Positions 35,766 to 44,951 of a stretch of DNA of 64,000 nucleotides are shown piece by piece (the stretch's first letter is position 1; every line of letters begins with the position of its first letter). Source of the stretch: a virus (Duplodnaviria; Heunggongvirae; Uroviricota; Caudoviricetes); IMG/VR virus record IMGVR_UViG_3300042341_001208; one strand, written 5' to 3'. The position numbers and the translations under genes are program-made. A model generated the notes under the pieces. It was not told where the DNA came from and did not search any database. It worked only from the letters and a program-made list of their open reading frames with translations.

Positions 35766-35771
35766 TTAAAA

Positions 35772-36656
35772 ATGCCAGATCAGCCAAGCATACTAGGGGA
35801 TGGAAACATCCAAGTTAAATATGGTCCTGAGATGGAAAATATTTACCCCTTTCTTACCACATTATCTGGTGAGAAAAGGGTTCTCTTTATTACCACTAGC
35901 AATCGTGGTGAATACATTTCAAGCAAGGGAGAAAAACCAAAATCGACTAGACTCGCAGAGCACTTAGCAGATCTTCTAAAAGAAAAAGGAGTAGAGGTAG
36001 TAACAATGGATGCTGCCAAACTTAAAATCTACAATTGTCTTGGATGTGTTAGTGAGCTGAAGGGGAATATGTGTGGATCTCCTAAATCTAAATTAAAGGA
36101 TCCTGAAAAAAATCCCCATGGTCATTTGAAATGCTGGGCCTCTCTGGATCATAAAGACGACGAATTATGGAAAATAGCAAATGAATTGTATAACTCTGAT
36201 GCTGTTATATTCTTTGCTTCCAACAGATGGGGAAATCCAAATGCAATTTATCAAAAATTAATCGAAAGACTTGACTGGATAGAAAGCTCTTATACAACAT
36301 ATAATGGCCAAAATACAGTTAAAAATAAAAAAGCAGGAATGGTTCTGCTAGGCCAAAATTGGAGAGTTCAAGAATCTTTAGAGGTTCAGTATCACGTTTT
36401 GAATTTCTTCGGATTTGAAACACCCGAAGAACTATTTATGGGATGGCAATTCACTAGAGATACAGACGACGAAGAACAAAGATCGTACCAGGAATCTTCA
36501 AGTTCTTTTGAACAATCTTGGGGGATGGAAATTCCAAACAAAGAAGAAACCATTAAAAAAGAAGGTGGTTTGGTTAAAGAATCCACCGAGAGTAAATTTA
36601 CTAACGTCAAGGTTTCAGACTTTAGCAGTTTTATATCTAAATTAAACTGGAAATAA
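35772..36656 (+). CDS. possible flavodoxin-fold NAD(P)H-dependent reductase-like protein
   Basis: KRVLFITTSNRGEYISS then Cys-containing segment resembles FMN-reductase/iron-sulfur flavoprotein N-termini; weak. Confidence 0.3.
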   Translation: MPDQPSILGDGNIQVKYGPEMENIYPFLTTLSGEKRVLFITTSNRGEYISSKGEKPKSTRLAEHLADLLKEKGVEVVTMDAAKLKIYNCLGCVSELKGNMCGSPKSKLKDPEKNPHGHLKCWASLDHKDDELWKIANELYNSDAVIFFASNRWGNPNAIYQKLIERLDWIESSYTTYNGQNTVKNKKAGMVLLGQNWRVQESLEVQYHVLNFFGFETPEELFMGWQFTRDTDDEEQRSYQESSSSFEQSWGMEIPNKEETIKKEGGLVKESTESKFTNVKVSDFSSFISKLNWK

Positions 36657-36857
36657 ATGATCAGAAAAGATACTCATATCTTTAAGGTCAAAGTCGACGG
36701 AAGTGAGGATCCTCACATCATCAAAGACATTTATATTACTGAACCTGGGCATATTCTAGTTTCAGTTTACAACGAAAAAAAGAAGGTGTGTACTAATTAC
36801 ACCGTGTCTAAAATTCAGGAAGTTCTTCCTGACAAAATCAAAATTATTAAGAATTAA
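36657..36857 (+). CDS. small hypothetical ORF (66 aa)
   Basis: ATGA overlap with upstream stop; no motif. Confidence 0.3.
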   Translation: MIRKDTHIFKVKVDGSEDPHIIKDIYITEPGHILVSVYNEKKKVCTNYTVSKIQEVLPDKIKIIKN

Positions 36858-37612
36858 AGATCTGGTAAACCACCAATCTTTTTAGCTCTATTCTTATAGA
36901 GAGTGTAGATTTCTTGTTTCTTGTTAGCAGGAACAATTCCTTTAGCTATTCTATCATTTAAGAATTTGATGATCATTTCTTGAAAAGGTCTTTTTCTAGT
37001 TTTTGCCTCTGCATAGATTCCATGTAGATTAGCATCAACCTCATCTTTTAGTTTATAGTACTTATAATAGTTTTCTGGATTTGATTGGATTTTAATCCTC
37101 TGAGCATAATTTCTCTTCATTGCCTTAGCAGGAATAGTATTCCATCCTCTCTGGGTTAAATGCTCTATCTCATGTCTGATTAAATTTCTCAACTCTGGTG
37201 CAAGTTCTACATAACATTGAGGTTCAGTAGCAGGATTTACAGTAAGTTCAATATAGAGAATTGCTGGGTCCTCGTCTGCATTACCGTCCAGAATAAAAGA
37301 TTCGGTGTATGTAGGAGCTTCGTCCCTTACGATAACCAATTTAACAAAGACGTCAAGATTTGTACCCGGATCTAAATAGTTTCCAACGTCCAAGAATTGC
37401 ATGTCGTCTATTAGAGTTTCAAAACTTGGAACATCGTCTTTTTCGGTGTACCTAATTTTTACTCCTTCATATTCACCATTTGGTGTATTACTATCTTTTA
37501 TGAGTTTCATAGCATCGGCTGAAATTTGACCAACTAATCTGTCATACTTTCCTTCGAAAAGAAAACCCTCAGATTCGGAAATAAAATCAGCAAAAGACTT
37601 AGTGAAACTCAT
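36854..37612 (-). CDS. hypothetical protein
   Basis: 252-aa minus-strand ORF, first of a 3-gene minus block. Confidence 0.45.
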   Translation of the reverse strand: MSFTKSFADFISESEGFLFEGKYDRLVGQISADAMKLIKDSNTPNGEYEGVKIRYTEKDDVPSFETLIDDMQFLDVGNYLDPGTNLDVFVKLVIVRDEAPTYTESFILDGNADEDPAILYIELTVNPATEPQCYVELAPELRNLIRHEIEHLTQRGWNTIPAKAMKRNYAQRIKIQSNPENYYKYYKLKDEVDANLHGIYAEAKTRKRPFQEMIIKFLNDRIAKGIVPANKKQEIYTLYKNRAKKIGGLPDL

Positions 37613-37973
37613 CCAATTTTTTAATTTTAAAAATTAAAGATTCCATGGCTCCCGGATATTTTCCGTTGTCGCTAGATCTCTCTGGATATTCGGTTAAATA
37701 AGGATCTTCTAATTTCACTTTCTTACCTTTATGATTAGAAACGGTTTTATCCTCGTAGTAAAGAAGATCTAAATCCATTAGGGATCCAAGCATTTTATCA
37801 ACTTCAAAATCTTCTTCTTCTAAACCGGTTAGATTTATAAACATTTCTATGGCATATTTCGGATCTATCCAACCCATCCCAGAAGTAACTATATCAATGA
37901 TATTATCTGTAGCGGATTTAGGATCCATAGATTCGTTCAAAAACTCACCATATTCTTTAATATTGATTCCCAT
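37599..37973 (-). CDS. hypothetical protein
   Basis: Start set to internal Met (MGINIKEYGEF) at 37973 so it abuts rather than overlaps the upstream gene. Confidence 0.4.
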   Translation of the reverse strand: MGINIKEYGEFLNESMDPKSATDNIIDIVTSGMGWIDPKYAIEMFINLTGLEEEDFEVDKMLGSLMDLDLLYYEDKTVSNHKGKKVKLEDPYLTEYPERSSDNGKYPGAMESLIFKIKKLDEFH

Positions 37974-37975
37974 TT

Positions 37976-38722
37976 TTATAAAAGTTTTTTTGCTTCTTCG
38001 AAATCTTCTGCAGTTAAATTCCATCCAGCTATTTTTTCTTTGATGAATTTCTTAGCTTCTGGATATGTTGCGTCAGTGTTATCTTTTAAATATGCTAACA
38101 ATTTTTCTCTAATCGCCGGATGAATTCCTTCAGATTCTAAAATTTCTTCCGGAAACTCAAATTCTAAGCTTTCGGTTGTCAATTTAATTTCTGATAAAAT
38201 CTTTTTCAATTCCTCCTGGACTTTTATTTTATCTCTTCTAGATGCTCCTCCTTGACCGATGAAAACATTAAATTCTTCGATCATATCATCGGTTAATTCC
38301 TCATCCAGTTCAACTAATGGTTTTTCTGAATTTTCCCAATCGTCTGTTCCAAATCCTATTTCCATCACCGGAACGTCGTTAGCAGCAGCTTCTATTCCCA
38401 TTGAATCTGGATCTTGGTATTCTTGAGCATCTTCGTCCCAAATCTTGTAATTTTCCTCGAACTCCGGAGAGGTTGAATCAAAATAGAAAATGTAGTTTTT
38501 ACCTGTTTTTTGATCTTTTAATGTTGCAAACTCAAGAAAATCTGTAGATGTTAATTTTAAGTTGTGCTTGGAGGGATTGATTCCTCTAAGATCCTCAACT
38601 TCTCTATAATCATCTTCTCTGTACCCGGGAGGGAGGTTTCCGGATGGAGAGGTAGTTACACCAAATAAGTCTGCCTCGTTATTTTTTAGATGAAATTCAT
38701 CGAAAGATAAAATTTTTGCCAT
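37976..38722 (-). CDS. acidic hypothetical protein
   Basis: 248-aa ORF, Asp/Glu-rich (DDWENSEKPLVELDEELTDDMIEEF). Confidence 0.45.
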   Translation of the reverse strand: MAKILSFDEFHLKNNEADLFGVTTSPSGNLPPGYREDDYREVEDLRGINPSKHNLKLTSTDFLEFATLKDQKTGKNYIFYFDSTSPEFEENYKIWDEDAQEYQDPDSMGIEAAANDVPVMEIGFGTDDWENSEKPLVELDEELTDDMIEEFNVFIGQGGASRRDKIKVQEELKKILSEIKLTTESLEFEFPEEILESEGIHPAIREKLLAYLKDNTDATYPEAKKFIKEKIAGWNLTAEDFEEAKKLL

Positions 38723-38894
38723 TGATTTAAATTAATTTGTTTATATATCCCAGTCACATCAAAATCTTTTGTTTGAAATATTTCAATTATTTTTTAATTT
38801 TAAGAAACTTTTCTATAAAAACCATCTAAAAGAATTACTTATATTCCCTGGAGAAGTATCTATTATTATCTAGGAGCCGCCGTTAAGGTCTCAA

Positions 38895-38924
38895 CAAAAA
38901 ACCCAAACTCGAAAGTCTGGGTTT
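38895..38924 (-). terminator. probable rho-independent terminator for minus-strand gene 38943..39548
   Basis: AACCCAAAC-(tcgaaa)-GTCTGGGTT hairpin (8 of 9 bp) with T-run on minus strand (A-run 38895-38899 on plus). Confidence 0.45.
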
Positions 38925-38942
38925 ACATAAGGTCTATTCTTC

Positions 38943-39548
38943 TTATTTTAAACTTAGAAGGTATTTAGTTTGATCTATCAGACTCAAAATTTCCTGAATT
39001 ATATTAAAGATTTCCGGATCTTTATTTTCATCGAATGCAGAGATACATTCTTCTCTGTAACAAACATCTAAATGAGCTATGAATCTAGGAAGTCCGTCTG
39101 GGGATTCTGGAGAATCGTAGTTATCTAATTTTAATGTTCTTTCCGAATCATTAAAAACGGGTCTACCATATTTTCCCATGATTGATTCTATCAAAGTATC
39201 TGAGATTTCAATAAACTCTTCAAAGAAATTATCTAAAGCTTTGTGCTCGGAATATGAATTGGTCTGCCAATGCAAAAGTTTTGCTTGAGTCATATTTTGA
39301 AGAACCCTACTTGCAACCTGGCTTGTTTTAGAGCTAGGGGTTTGGGTCTTATCTGGAGCTGCACTAGGAGTTTTGGGAATACTAATAGGTTTTAGAGGGA
39401 TAATTTCCGCATCAGTCTCTACCTCCGGACCTTTGGGTTGTTCTGGGTTATATTTTCTTTTACCTGCAGGTTCTATAATTTCACCAAAGGCACTTAGATT
39501 TAATACGTTGTCCGCCATATATTTTTTTTCTTTTTTGTTATATATCAA
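38943..39548 (-). CDS. hypothetical protein
   Basis: 201-aa minus ORF; alternative start at Met11 (39518); Pro/Thr/Ser-rich middle. Confidence 0.45.
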   Translation of the reverse strand: MIYNKKEKKYMADNVLNLSAFGEIIEPAGKRKYNPEQPKGPEVETDAEIIPLKPISIPKTPSAAPDKTQTPSSKTSQVASRVLQNMTQAKLLHWQTNSYSEHKALDNFFEEFIEISDTLIESIMGKYGRPVFNDSERTLKLDNYDSPESPDGLPRFIAHLDVCYREECISAFDENKDPEIFNIIQEILSLIDQTKYLLSLK

Positions 39549-39572
39549 GTACGACCGAAATTTTTTTAAAAA

Positions 39573-39582
39573 TGCCGTATAT
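39573..39582 (+). promoter_or_regulatory. TGCCGTATAT variant promoter-like motif
   Basis: 9 nt upstream of ATG 39592, at the minus-to-plus strand switch. Confidence 0.4.
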
Positions 39583-39591
39583 TAAATAGAA

Positions 39592-40059
39592 ATGGAACAG
39601 ATGTTTGACGAATGGAGAAGTCTAGGTGATCGTAAGAAAATTGATCCTATGAAACACCTAGCAGAATGGACTTTAGTAAATCCTGACTACAAGATTTACA
39701 TTGGTTGTGACTCAAGTAATATGGGTGACAAGACCACGTATGCTACCGTAATTGTTCTACACAAGGAGAATAAAGGTGGACACGTTATCTACAGCAGAAA
39801 GTCGGAGCCCAGAATTAAATCCAGATATGAGAGATTATGGAAAGAAGTTGAACTCAGTGTTTCTGCTGCTCATCTGTTAGAAATGTGGGGATTCGGAAAA
39901 CCGGACTTCATTGATATTGATTTAAACCCAGATCCTAGATACCAATCTAATACTTTACTAGCTTCTGCAGTTGGTATGGTGGAATCACTTGGAATCAAGG
40001 CTAGATGGAAATCTAAATCACCTTGGGCAATTTCTATTGCTGACTCAATTTGCAGATAG
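39592..40059 (+). CDS. hypothetical protein (possible RNase H-like DUF458 fold)
   Basis: IYIGCDSS...TTYATVIVLH pattern; promoter variant TGCCGTATAT 9 nt upstream; weak. Confidence 0.35.
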   Translation: MEQMFDEWRSLGDRKKIDPMKHLAEWTLVNPDYKIYIGCDSSNMGDKTTYATVIVLHKENKGGHVIYSRKSEPRIKSRYERLWKEVELSVSAAHLLEMWGFGKPDFIDIDLNPDPRYQSNTLLASAVGMVESLGIKARWKSKSPWAISIADSICR

Positions 40060-40091
40060 GGGAATATATAGTTTAAATCCATTAAAAAACT

Positions 40092-40352
40092 ATGGAATTA
40101 AACAAACCAGATCTTGATTTTTCCAATCCGCAAGAAGTCTTTAATACTACAGATAGAATAATCACAAATATAAAATCTCTAGAAAAGGAATTAGAAGCTA
40201 TCCAATCTGCTTGTCCTCATCCAGACTACACGGTTAAAAATTTTAACATCCATGGAAATAATAATTTTTCTGTGAAGAAAGTTTGTGATCTGTGTCAAGC
40301 AGATATTGGATACCCAACCCAAGAGGAAGTAAATTCCTGGATTAGATCCTAA
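40092..40352 (+). CDS. small zinc-ribbon protein
   Basis: CPHPDYT ... CDLCQ four-Cys arrangement. Confidence 0.4.
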   Translation: MELNKPDLDFSNPQEVFNTTDRIITNIKSLEKELEAIQSACPHPDYTVKNFNIHGNNNFSVKKVCDLCQADIGYPTQEEVNSWIRS

Positions 40353-40401
40353 TAAAATGAATCATTATGGATCATCTGATCTATAATAAAGAAATATAAT
40401 T

Positions 40402-42531
40402 ATGACTGAAAACAATATAATTGGAGAGAACTTATTGGGAGATATCTTATACACTCCTCCTAAAATTTCAATGGGACCTATCGATGACGATGATATTGAT
40501 GATGTTCCAAGCTACAAATCTAATCCAACCTCTTCAACCACTCCTGCCCTAGATTCTTTTAGCAGGGATTTAACAGCTCTAGCTGCAAAGGGAGAACTTG
40601 ATCCAATTGTAGGAAGAGATTCTGAGATCGAAAGAGTTTCTCAAATTCTAGGTCGTAGGAAAAAGAACAATCCAGTTCTAATAGGGGAACCCGGGGTTGG
40701 TAAATCAGCAATTGCCGAAGGACTAGCACTTAGAATTTTCCAAAGAAAGGTTTCTAGAAATCTACTAAATAAGAGAGTAGTTAGTTTGGATATGGGTCTA
40801 ATTGTTGCCGGAACTAAATACAGGGGTCAGTTTGAAGAGAGAATGAAGTCCATTATGGATGAGCTAAGAAAAAATCCAGATGTAATTATTTTCATCGATG
40901 AATTGCACACTCTAGTTGGTGCCGGTGGTTCATCAGGATCTTTGGATGCTTCTAACATGGTAAAACCTGCACTAGCAAGAGGGGAATTTCAATGTGTTGG
41001 AGCAACAACTCTAAATGAATATAGACAGTATATCGAGAAAGACGGAGCACTAGAAAGAAGATTTCAAAAAGTTATCATTGAAGCTCCAACTGCAGACGAG
41101 ACAATTATAATTCTAAACAATATCAAGGCTAAGTACGAGGATCATCATAATGTTCAATACACTGACGATGCTATCATCAATTGTGTTAAGTTAACAGAAA
41201 GATACATTACCGACAGAAACTTCCCAGACAAAGCTCTAGATGCTTTAGACGAAGCGGGTAGCAGATCTCAATTAACCCAAGTTAAGGTTCCTGATGCATT
41301 GGTTAATTTAGAGAAGAATCTAGAGAAAACTACAGAGGAGAAAAAGAAGTGTGTTACCAAACAGGACTATGAAGGAGCTGCCAAATATAGAGATCTGGAA
41401 AGAAAGATTAAAGCTGGCATCGAATCGGAAACTAAAGCCTGGGAGCAAAAGCTAAAAGAGAAGAAGAAAATCGTAGACGGTGAAAAAGTTGCTGAAGTAG
41501 TTTCTTTGATGACTGGGATTCCTCTACAAAAGATCAGTCAGGACGAAAACGAAAGACTTGCTAAAATGGCTGAAGCTTTAAGAGATAGAGTTATTGGACA
41601 AAATGAAGCAGTTGAAAAAATATCAAAGGCAATTTTAAGAAATAGAATCGGTTTAAAAGACCCAAATCGTCCAATCGGATCATTTGTTTTTCTAGGACCT
41701 ACCGGAGTTGGTAAAACCCAATTGGCTAAGGAATTGGCTAAAATGGTATTCGGTGATGCCGATGCAATGATTAGAGTTGATATGTCCGAGTACATGGAGA
41801 AATTCAATTCAACCAAATTGATTGGAGCTCCTCCAGGATATGTTGGACACGAAGATGGTGGTCAATTAACAGAGAAAGTTAGAAGAAAGCCATATTCAGT
41901 AGTTCTATTTGACGAGATTGAAAAGGCCCATCCGGATATTTTCAACTCTCTATTACAAATTCTAGACGAGGGTATGATTACCGATGGATTAGGAAGAAAG
42001 ATTAATTTTAAAAATTGTTTAATCATCTTGACTTCTAACGTTGGTCAAAGAAAGGCTGCCGAATTTGGAGGAGGTGTAGGATTCAAATCTTTAGATAAGA
42101 GCAATGTGGAAAAAGAATCAAAGATCACGATCAGAAAAGAATTGGAAAAAACTTTCTCTCCGGAATTTCTAAACAGAATAGATGAAATTATAAACTTTAA
42201 TTCTCTAACTCAAGATGATCTAATTAAGATTATAGACGTTGAAATTAAAAAGATGACTCCGAGATTTGAAGATCTAGGGTTTAAATTAGTCATCTCTAAG
42301 GATCTAAAAGAAAAGATAGCAGAAAGAGGATATGACCCCAAATTTGGAGCAAGACCTCTGAAAAGACTTCTTCAAAAATATATCGAAGACACTATTGCAG
42401 AGCTCTTTATCCAAAAGAAAGTTGAATCAGGTTCTAAGATTACTCTATCCCTAGATTCTTCCAAAGATGCTGAGATCGAACCCCCAGTAAAGGTAAGAAT
42501 CACAAATCCAAAAAAGGGCTCAGAAGAGTAA
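40402..42531 (+). CDS. Clp/Hsp100 family AAA+ ATPase (ClpC-like, two nucleotide-binding domains, UVR-like middle motif, no N-domain)
   Basis: D1: GRDSEIERVSQILGRRKKNNPVLIGEPGVGKSAIAEGLA, IIFIDELHTLVGAG; UVR-like CVTKQDYEGAAKYRDLE; D2: GSFVFLGPTGVGKT, VVLFDEIEKAHPD, GARPLKR sensor. Confidence 0.8.
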   Translation: MTENNIIGENLLGDILYTPPKISMGPIDDDDIDDVPSYKSNPTSSTTPALDSFSRDLTALAAKGELDPIVGRDSEIERVSQILGRRKKNNPVLIGEPGVGKSAIAEGLALRIFQRKVSRNLLNKRVVSLDMGLIVAGTKYRGQFEERMKSIMDELRKNPDVIIFIDELHTLVGAGGSSGSLDASNMVKPALARGEFQCVGATTLNEYRQYIEKDGALERRFQKVIIEAPTADETIIILNNIKAKYEDHHNVQYTDDAIINCVKLTERYITDRNFPDKALDALDEAGSRSQLTQVKVPDALVNLEKNLEKTTEEKKKCVTKQDYEGAAKYRDLERKIKAGIESETKAWEQKLKEKKKIVDGEKVAEVVSLMTGIPLQKISQDENERLAKMAEALRDRVIGQNEAVEKISKAILRNRIGLKDPNRPIGSFVFLGPTGVGKTQLAKELAKMVFGDADAMIRVDMSEYMEKFNSTKLIGAPPGYVGHEDGGQLTEKVRRKPYSVVLFDEIEKAHPDIFNSLLQILDEGMITDGLGRKINFKNCLIILTSNVGQRKAAEFGGGVGFKSLDKSNVEKESKITIRKELEKTFSPEFLNRIDEIINFNSLTQDDLIKIIDVEIKKMTPRFEDLGFKLVISKDLKEKIAERGYDPKFGARPLKRLLQKYIEDTIAELFIQKKVESGSKITLSLDSSKDAEIEPPVKVRITNPKKGSEE

Positions 42532-42541
42532 TATATAGAGC

Positions 42542-42736
42542 ATGATTTTTATAGATTTAAAGAAGGAGAAATCTCTGGATTCAGCTTTAAAGAAGCTAAA
42601 AAATAAATTTTCTGAACGTAAGACAAAAGACGAACTTAACGAGAGAAGAGAATTCACCAAACCATCTGTGAGAAGAAGAAATCAAATAAGAGACGCAAAG
42701 TATAGGCAATCTATCCGTACGTCCGAGATAAATTAA
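42542..42736 (+). CDS. rpsU: ribosomal protein bS21 homologue
   Basis: 64 aa, basic; LDSALKKLKNKFSERKTKDELNERREFTKPSVRRRNQ parallels bS21 (ALRRFKR...RRREFYEKPT..RKR). Confidence 0.55.
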   Translation: MIFIDLKKEKSLDSALKKLKNKFSERKTKDELNERREFTKPSVRRRNQIRDAKYRQSIRTSEIN

Positions 42737-42738
42737 AT

Positions 42739-43605
42739 TTGAAAAATATAATTCTATATGAGGAATTTTCCGACGGATTGAACCGTTTGAGATCGATTTT
42801 CGAATCTCTAGAATCAAATCCTATTGCTAACATAGAGGTTTATAACCGAAATATGGAAGCATCCTATCCGGATAAATTATTCTTTTTAGATATTATAAAT
42901 CCGGATGTTATCGTAGATTTTGGGTGTGCAGACGGAACGATCCTTTCCAAGATGAAGGAGAAAAATCCAGATGTTAAATTGATAGGATACGATCTTAGTA
43001 AAGCTATGCTTGCTAAAGCAAGAGCTAAACTAGGACCAGACGTTTTATTAACCGATTCTTGGAGTGAGGTTCAATCTGAATTGGAATCTTATGATAAACC
43101 AGCTCTTGTATTATCTTCGGTAATTCACGAAGTTTATTCTTATTCTCATCCTAAAGAAGTTAAAAAATTCTGGGAGGATAGAGTATTTGGTGGAGACTTT
43201 AAATGGATAGTAATCAGAGACATGATTCCTTCTGTTGAAATGAGTAGAAAAGAAGCATCCGAATTCCAGGACGATGTTGACAAAGTTAAATCTGCGGCAG
43301 ATCCAAAATACTTAAAGTCTTACGAAGAAAAGTGGGATGATATTGGAAGCAGCTATAAATTCTTAGCTCACTTTTTACTAAAATATAAATTCACAGATAA
43401 CTGGACTAGAGAAGTAGCAGAAAACTATCTTCCTCTTTCTCTTGAAACTCTATACAAGAAAATACCTCCGGGATATGAAATTATTTTTGAAGATAATTTT
43501 GTTCTTCCCTATCTAAAAAAAGAAGTCAAAAAGGACTTCGATGTAGACATTAAGCACACTACACATGCTAAAATGATTATAGAAAATAAAAATTTTGAAA
43601 AATGA
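42739..43605 (+). CDS. class I SAM-dependent methyltransferase (MKNIILYEEF family N-terminus)
   Basis: Motif I VIVDFGCADGTILSKM; acidic motif II-like region. Confidence 0.5.
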   Translation: MKNIILYEEFSDGLNRLRSIFESLESNPIANIEVYNRNMEASYPDKLFFLDIINPDVIVDFGCADGTILSKMKEKNPDVKLIGYDLSKAMLAKARAKLGPDVLLTDSWSEVQSELESYDKPALVLSSVIHEVYSYSHPKEVKKFWEDRVFGGDFKWIVIRDMIPSVEMSRKEASEFQDDVDKVKSAADPKYLKSYEEKWDDIGSSYKFLAHFLLKYKFTDNWTREVAENYLPLSLETLYKKIPPGYEIIFEDNFVLPYLKKEVKKDFDVDIKHTTHAKMIIENKNFEK

Positions 43606-43901
43606 AAAATCTAGCACTCTATGAATCTTTCACCGAATCTTTAAACGAATCAAGAACAAGAAAGAATCTAATGCACGAACTTCTTAACATTCCAGAAGAT
43701 AAAAAAATCTCTGACATTTATAAGAGCGGTAAGAAATTAGCAGAAGAATTGGTTGCAGCAATCAAGAAGAGCAACATAGTTCCAGAAAAAGAGGTTCAGA
43801 AAAAAGCTACCTCGATGCTAGCCTTTGTTGGTAACTGGCCTAATGATCCTAAGAATTCCGTTTTTGATGTTGCTCTGAGACACGTCAAATCTCTCTTTTA
43901 A
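43602..43901 (+). CDS. hypothetical protein (MKNLALYESF N-terminus)
   Basis: 99 aa; N-terminus shares the MKN..LYE.F leader. Confidence 0.4.
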   Translation: MKNLALYESFTESLNESRTRKNLMHELLNIPEDKKISDIYKSGKKLAEELVAAIKKSNIVPEKEVQKKATSMLAFVGNWPNDPKNSVFDVALRHVKSLF

Positions 43902-43936
43902 GAAACTTATCTTTCTTTTCCTGGTATAAATCAAAT

Positions 43937-44692
43937 ATGATCAAAGATTCAGACATAGTTTTTGTTACCCCTTCTTTATCCACTAAATGGATAAATTATC
44001 AACAGAGTATATTAAAATCAAATTTTCCTGAAAGTTCCTTCATTGTCGTCGACGGAAGAGGGGGATGGCCAAAGTCCTGGTTTCTTTGGATAAATGAGGT
44101 TAAGAAAACAAATCAAAAATGGTATATCCATATCGATGAAGATTGCTTCATCGAAAATAAATCTGAAGTAATTAAACTCCTTGAAAAAATGGAAATGGAA
44201 GATATTGGGATTTCTGCTATTTCTGAAGCATATTGTCATTTCAGAGGAAACAATCCAGTAGCTTTCAACTCTTTCTTTTTGGCTGGTAGGGTTGAAGATT
44301 TGCAGCATGTCAATTTAGATATTAAAAATATCGATTTCAAATACGATGGACAAAATTGGAAGAATTCTTTAGGAATTCATTTTAAGAAAGAATATTTGGA
44401 TGATTTCATATATCCTCACGATAAAATCTGGCCTCATGATAATATAGAATCTGAATGCGAACCTTTTTATCTTTTCTGCTGGCTGATGAAGGAGAACAAA
44501 ATAAAAATTCATTATCTTTACCCTTACTTTGATTCCAGATTTAAGTCAACCAATCCAAGGATTGAGAAAGATTCTCCTGACATAGCAATTCACATGTGGT
44601 ACACTAGATTGTGCGACAGTCCTATGGACGTACACGGTCTTCCTAATAATGAAAGATATCGTAGATTGGAAGATTACCTTAATTCTAAATAA
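43937..44692 (+). CDS. hypothetical protein at edge of glycan island
   Basis: 251-aa ORF, Trp/His-rich, no clear motif. Confidence 0.4.
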   Translation: MIKDSDIVFVTPSLSTKWINYQQSILKSNFPESSFIVVDGRGGWPKSWFLWINEVKKTNQKWYIHIDEDCFIENKSEVIKLLEKMEMEDIGISAISEAYCHFRGNNPVAFNSFFLAGRVEDLQHVNLDIKNIDFKYDGQNWKNSLGIHFKKEYLDDFIYPHDKIWPHDNIESECEPFYLFCWLMKENKIKIHYLYPYFDSRFKSTNPRIEKDSPDIAIHMWYTRLCDSPMDVHGLPNNERYRRLEDYLNSK

Positions 44693-44729
44693 ATTCTAAA
44701 TAAATTTGGATCTTTGATACATATTTTAT

Positions 44730-44951
44730 ATGCCAAAGAAAAAAATTAAGGAGGGGGAACTTTCTAGAAGAGAGCAAATGCTCATGAAAGAAAATGCTAT
44801 CATCAAAGGAAAATTAGGATTTGCCCTTGGTGTATTGGAAACTGTTCAAATCTTAACTAGAAACGTAAGTCCTGAAATACTAGAGAAAAATCTGGAGCAT
44901 CTGAGATTGACAATCCCGAGATCTCTAGAGGACCTTAGATCTGGTCTTTAA
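44730..44951 (+). CDS. small hypothetical protein
   Basis: 73-aa ORF with basic N-terminus. Confidence 0.3.
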   Translation: MPKKKIKEGELSRREQMLMKENAIIKGKLGFALGVLETVQILTRNVSPEILEKNLEHLRLTIPRSLEDLRSGL

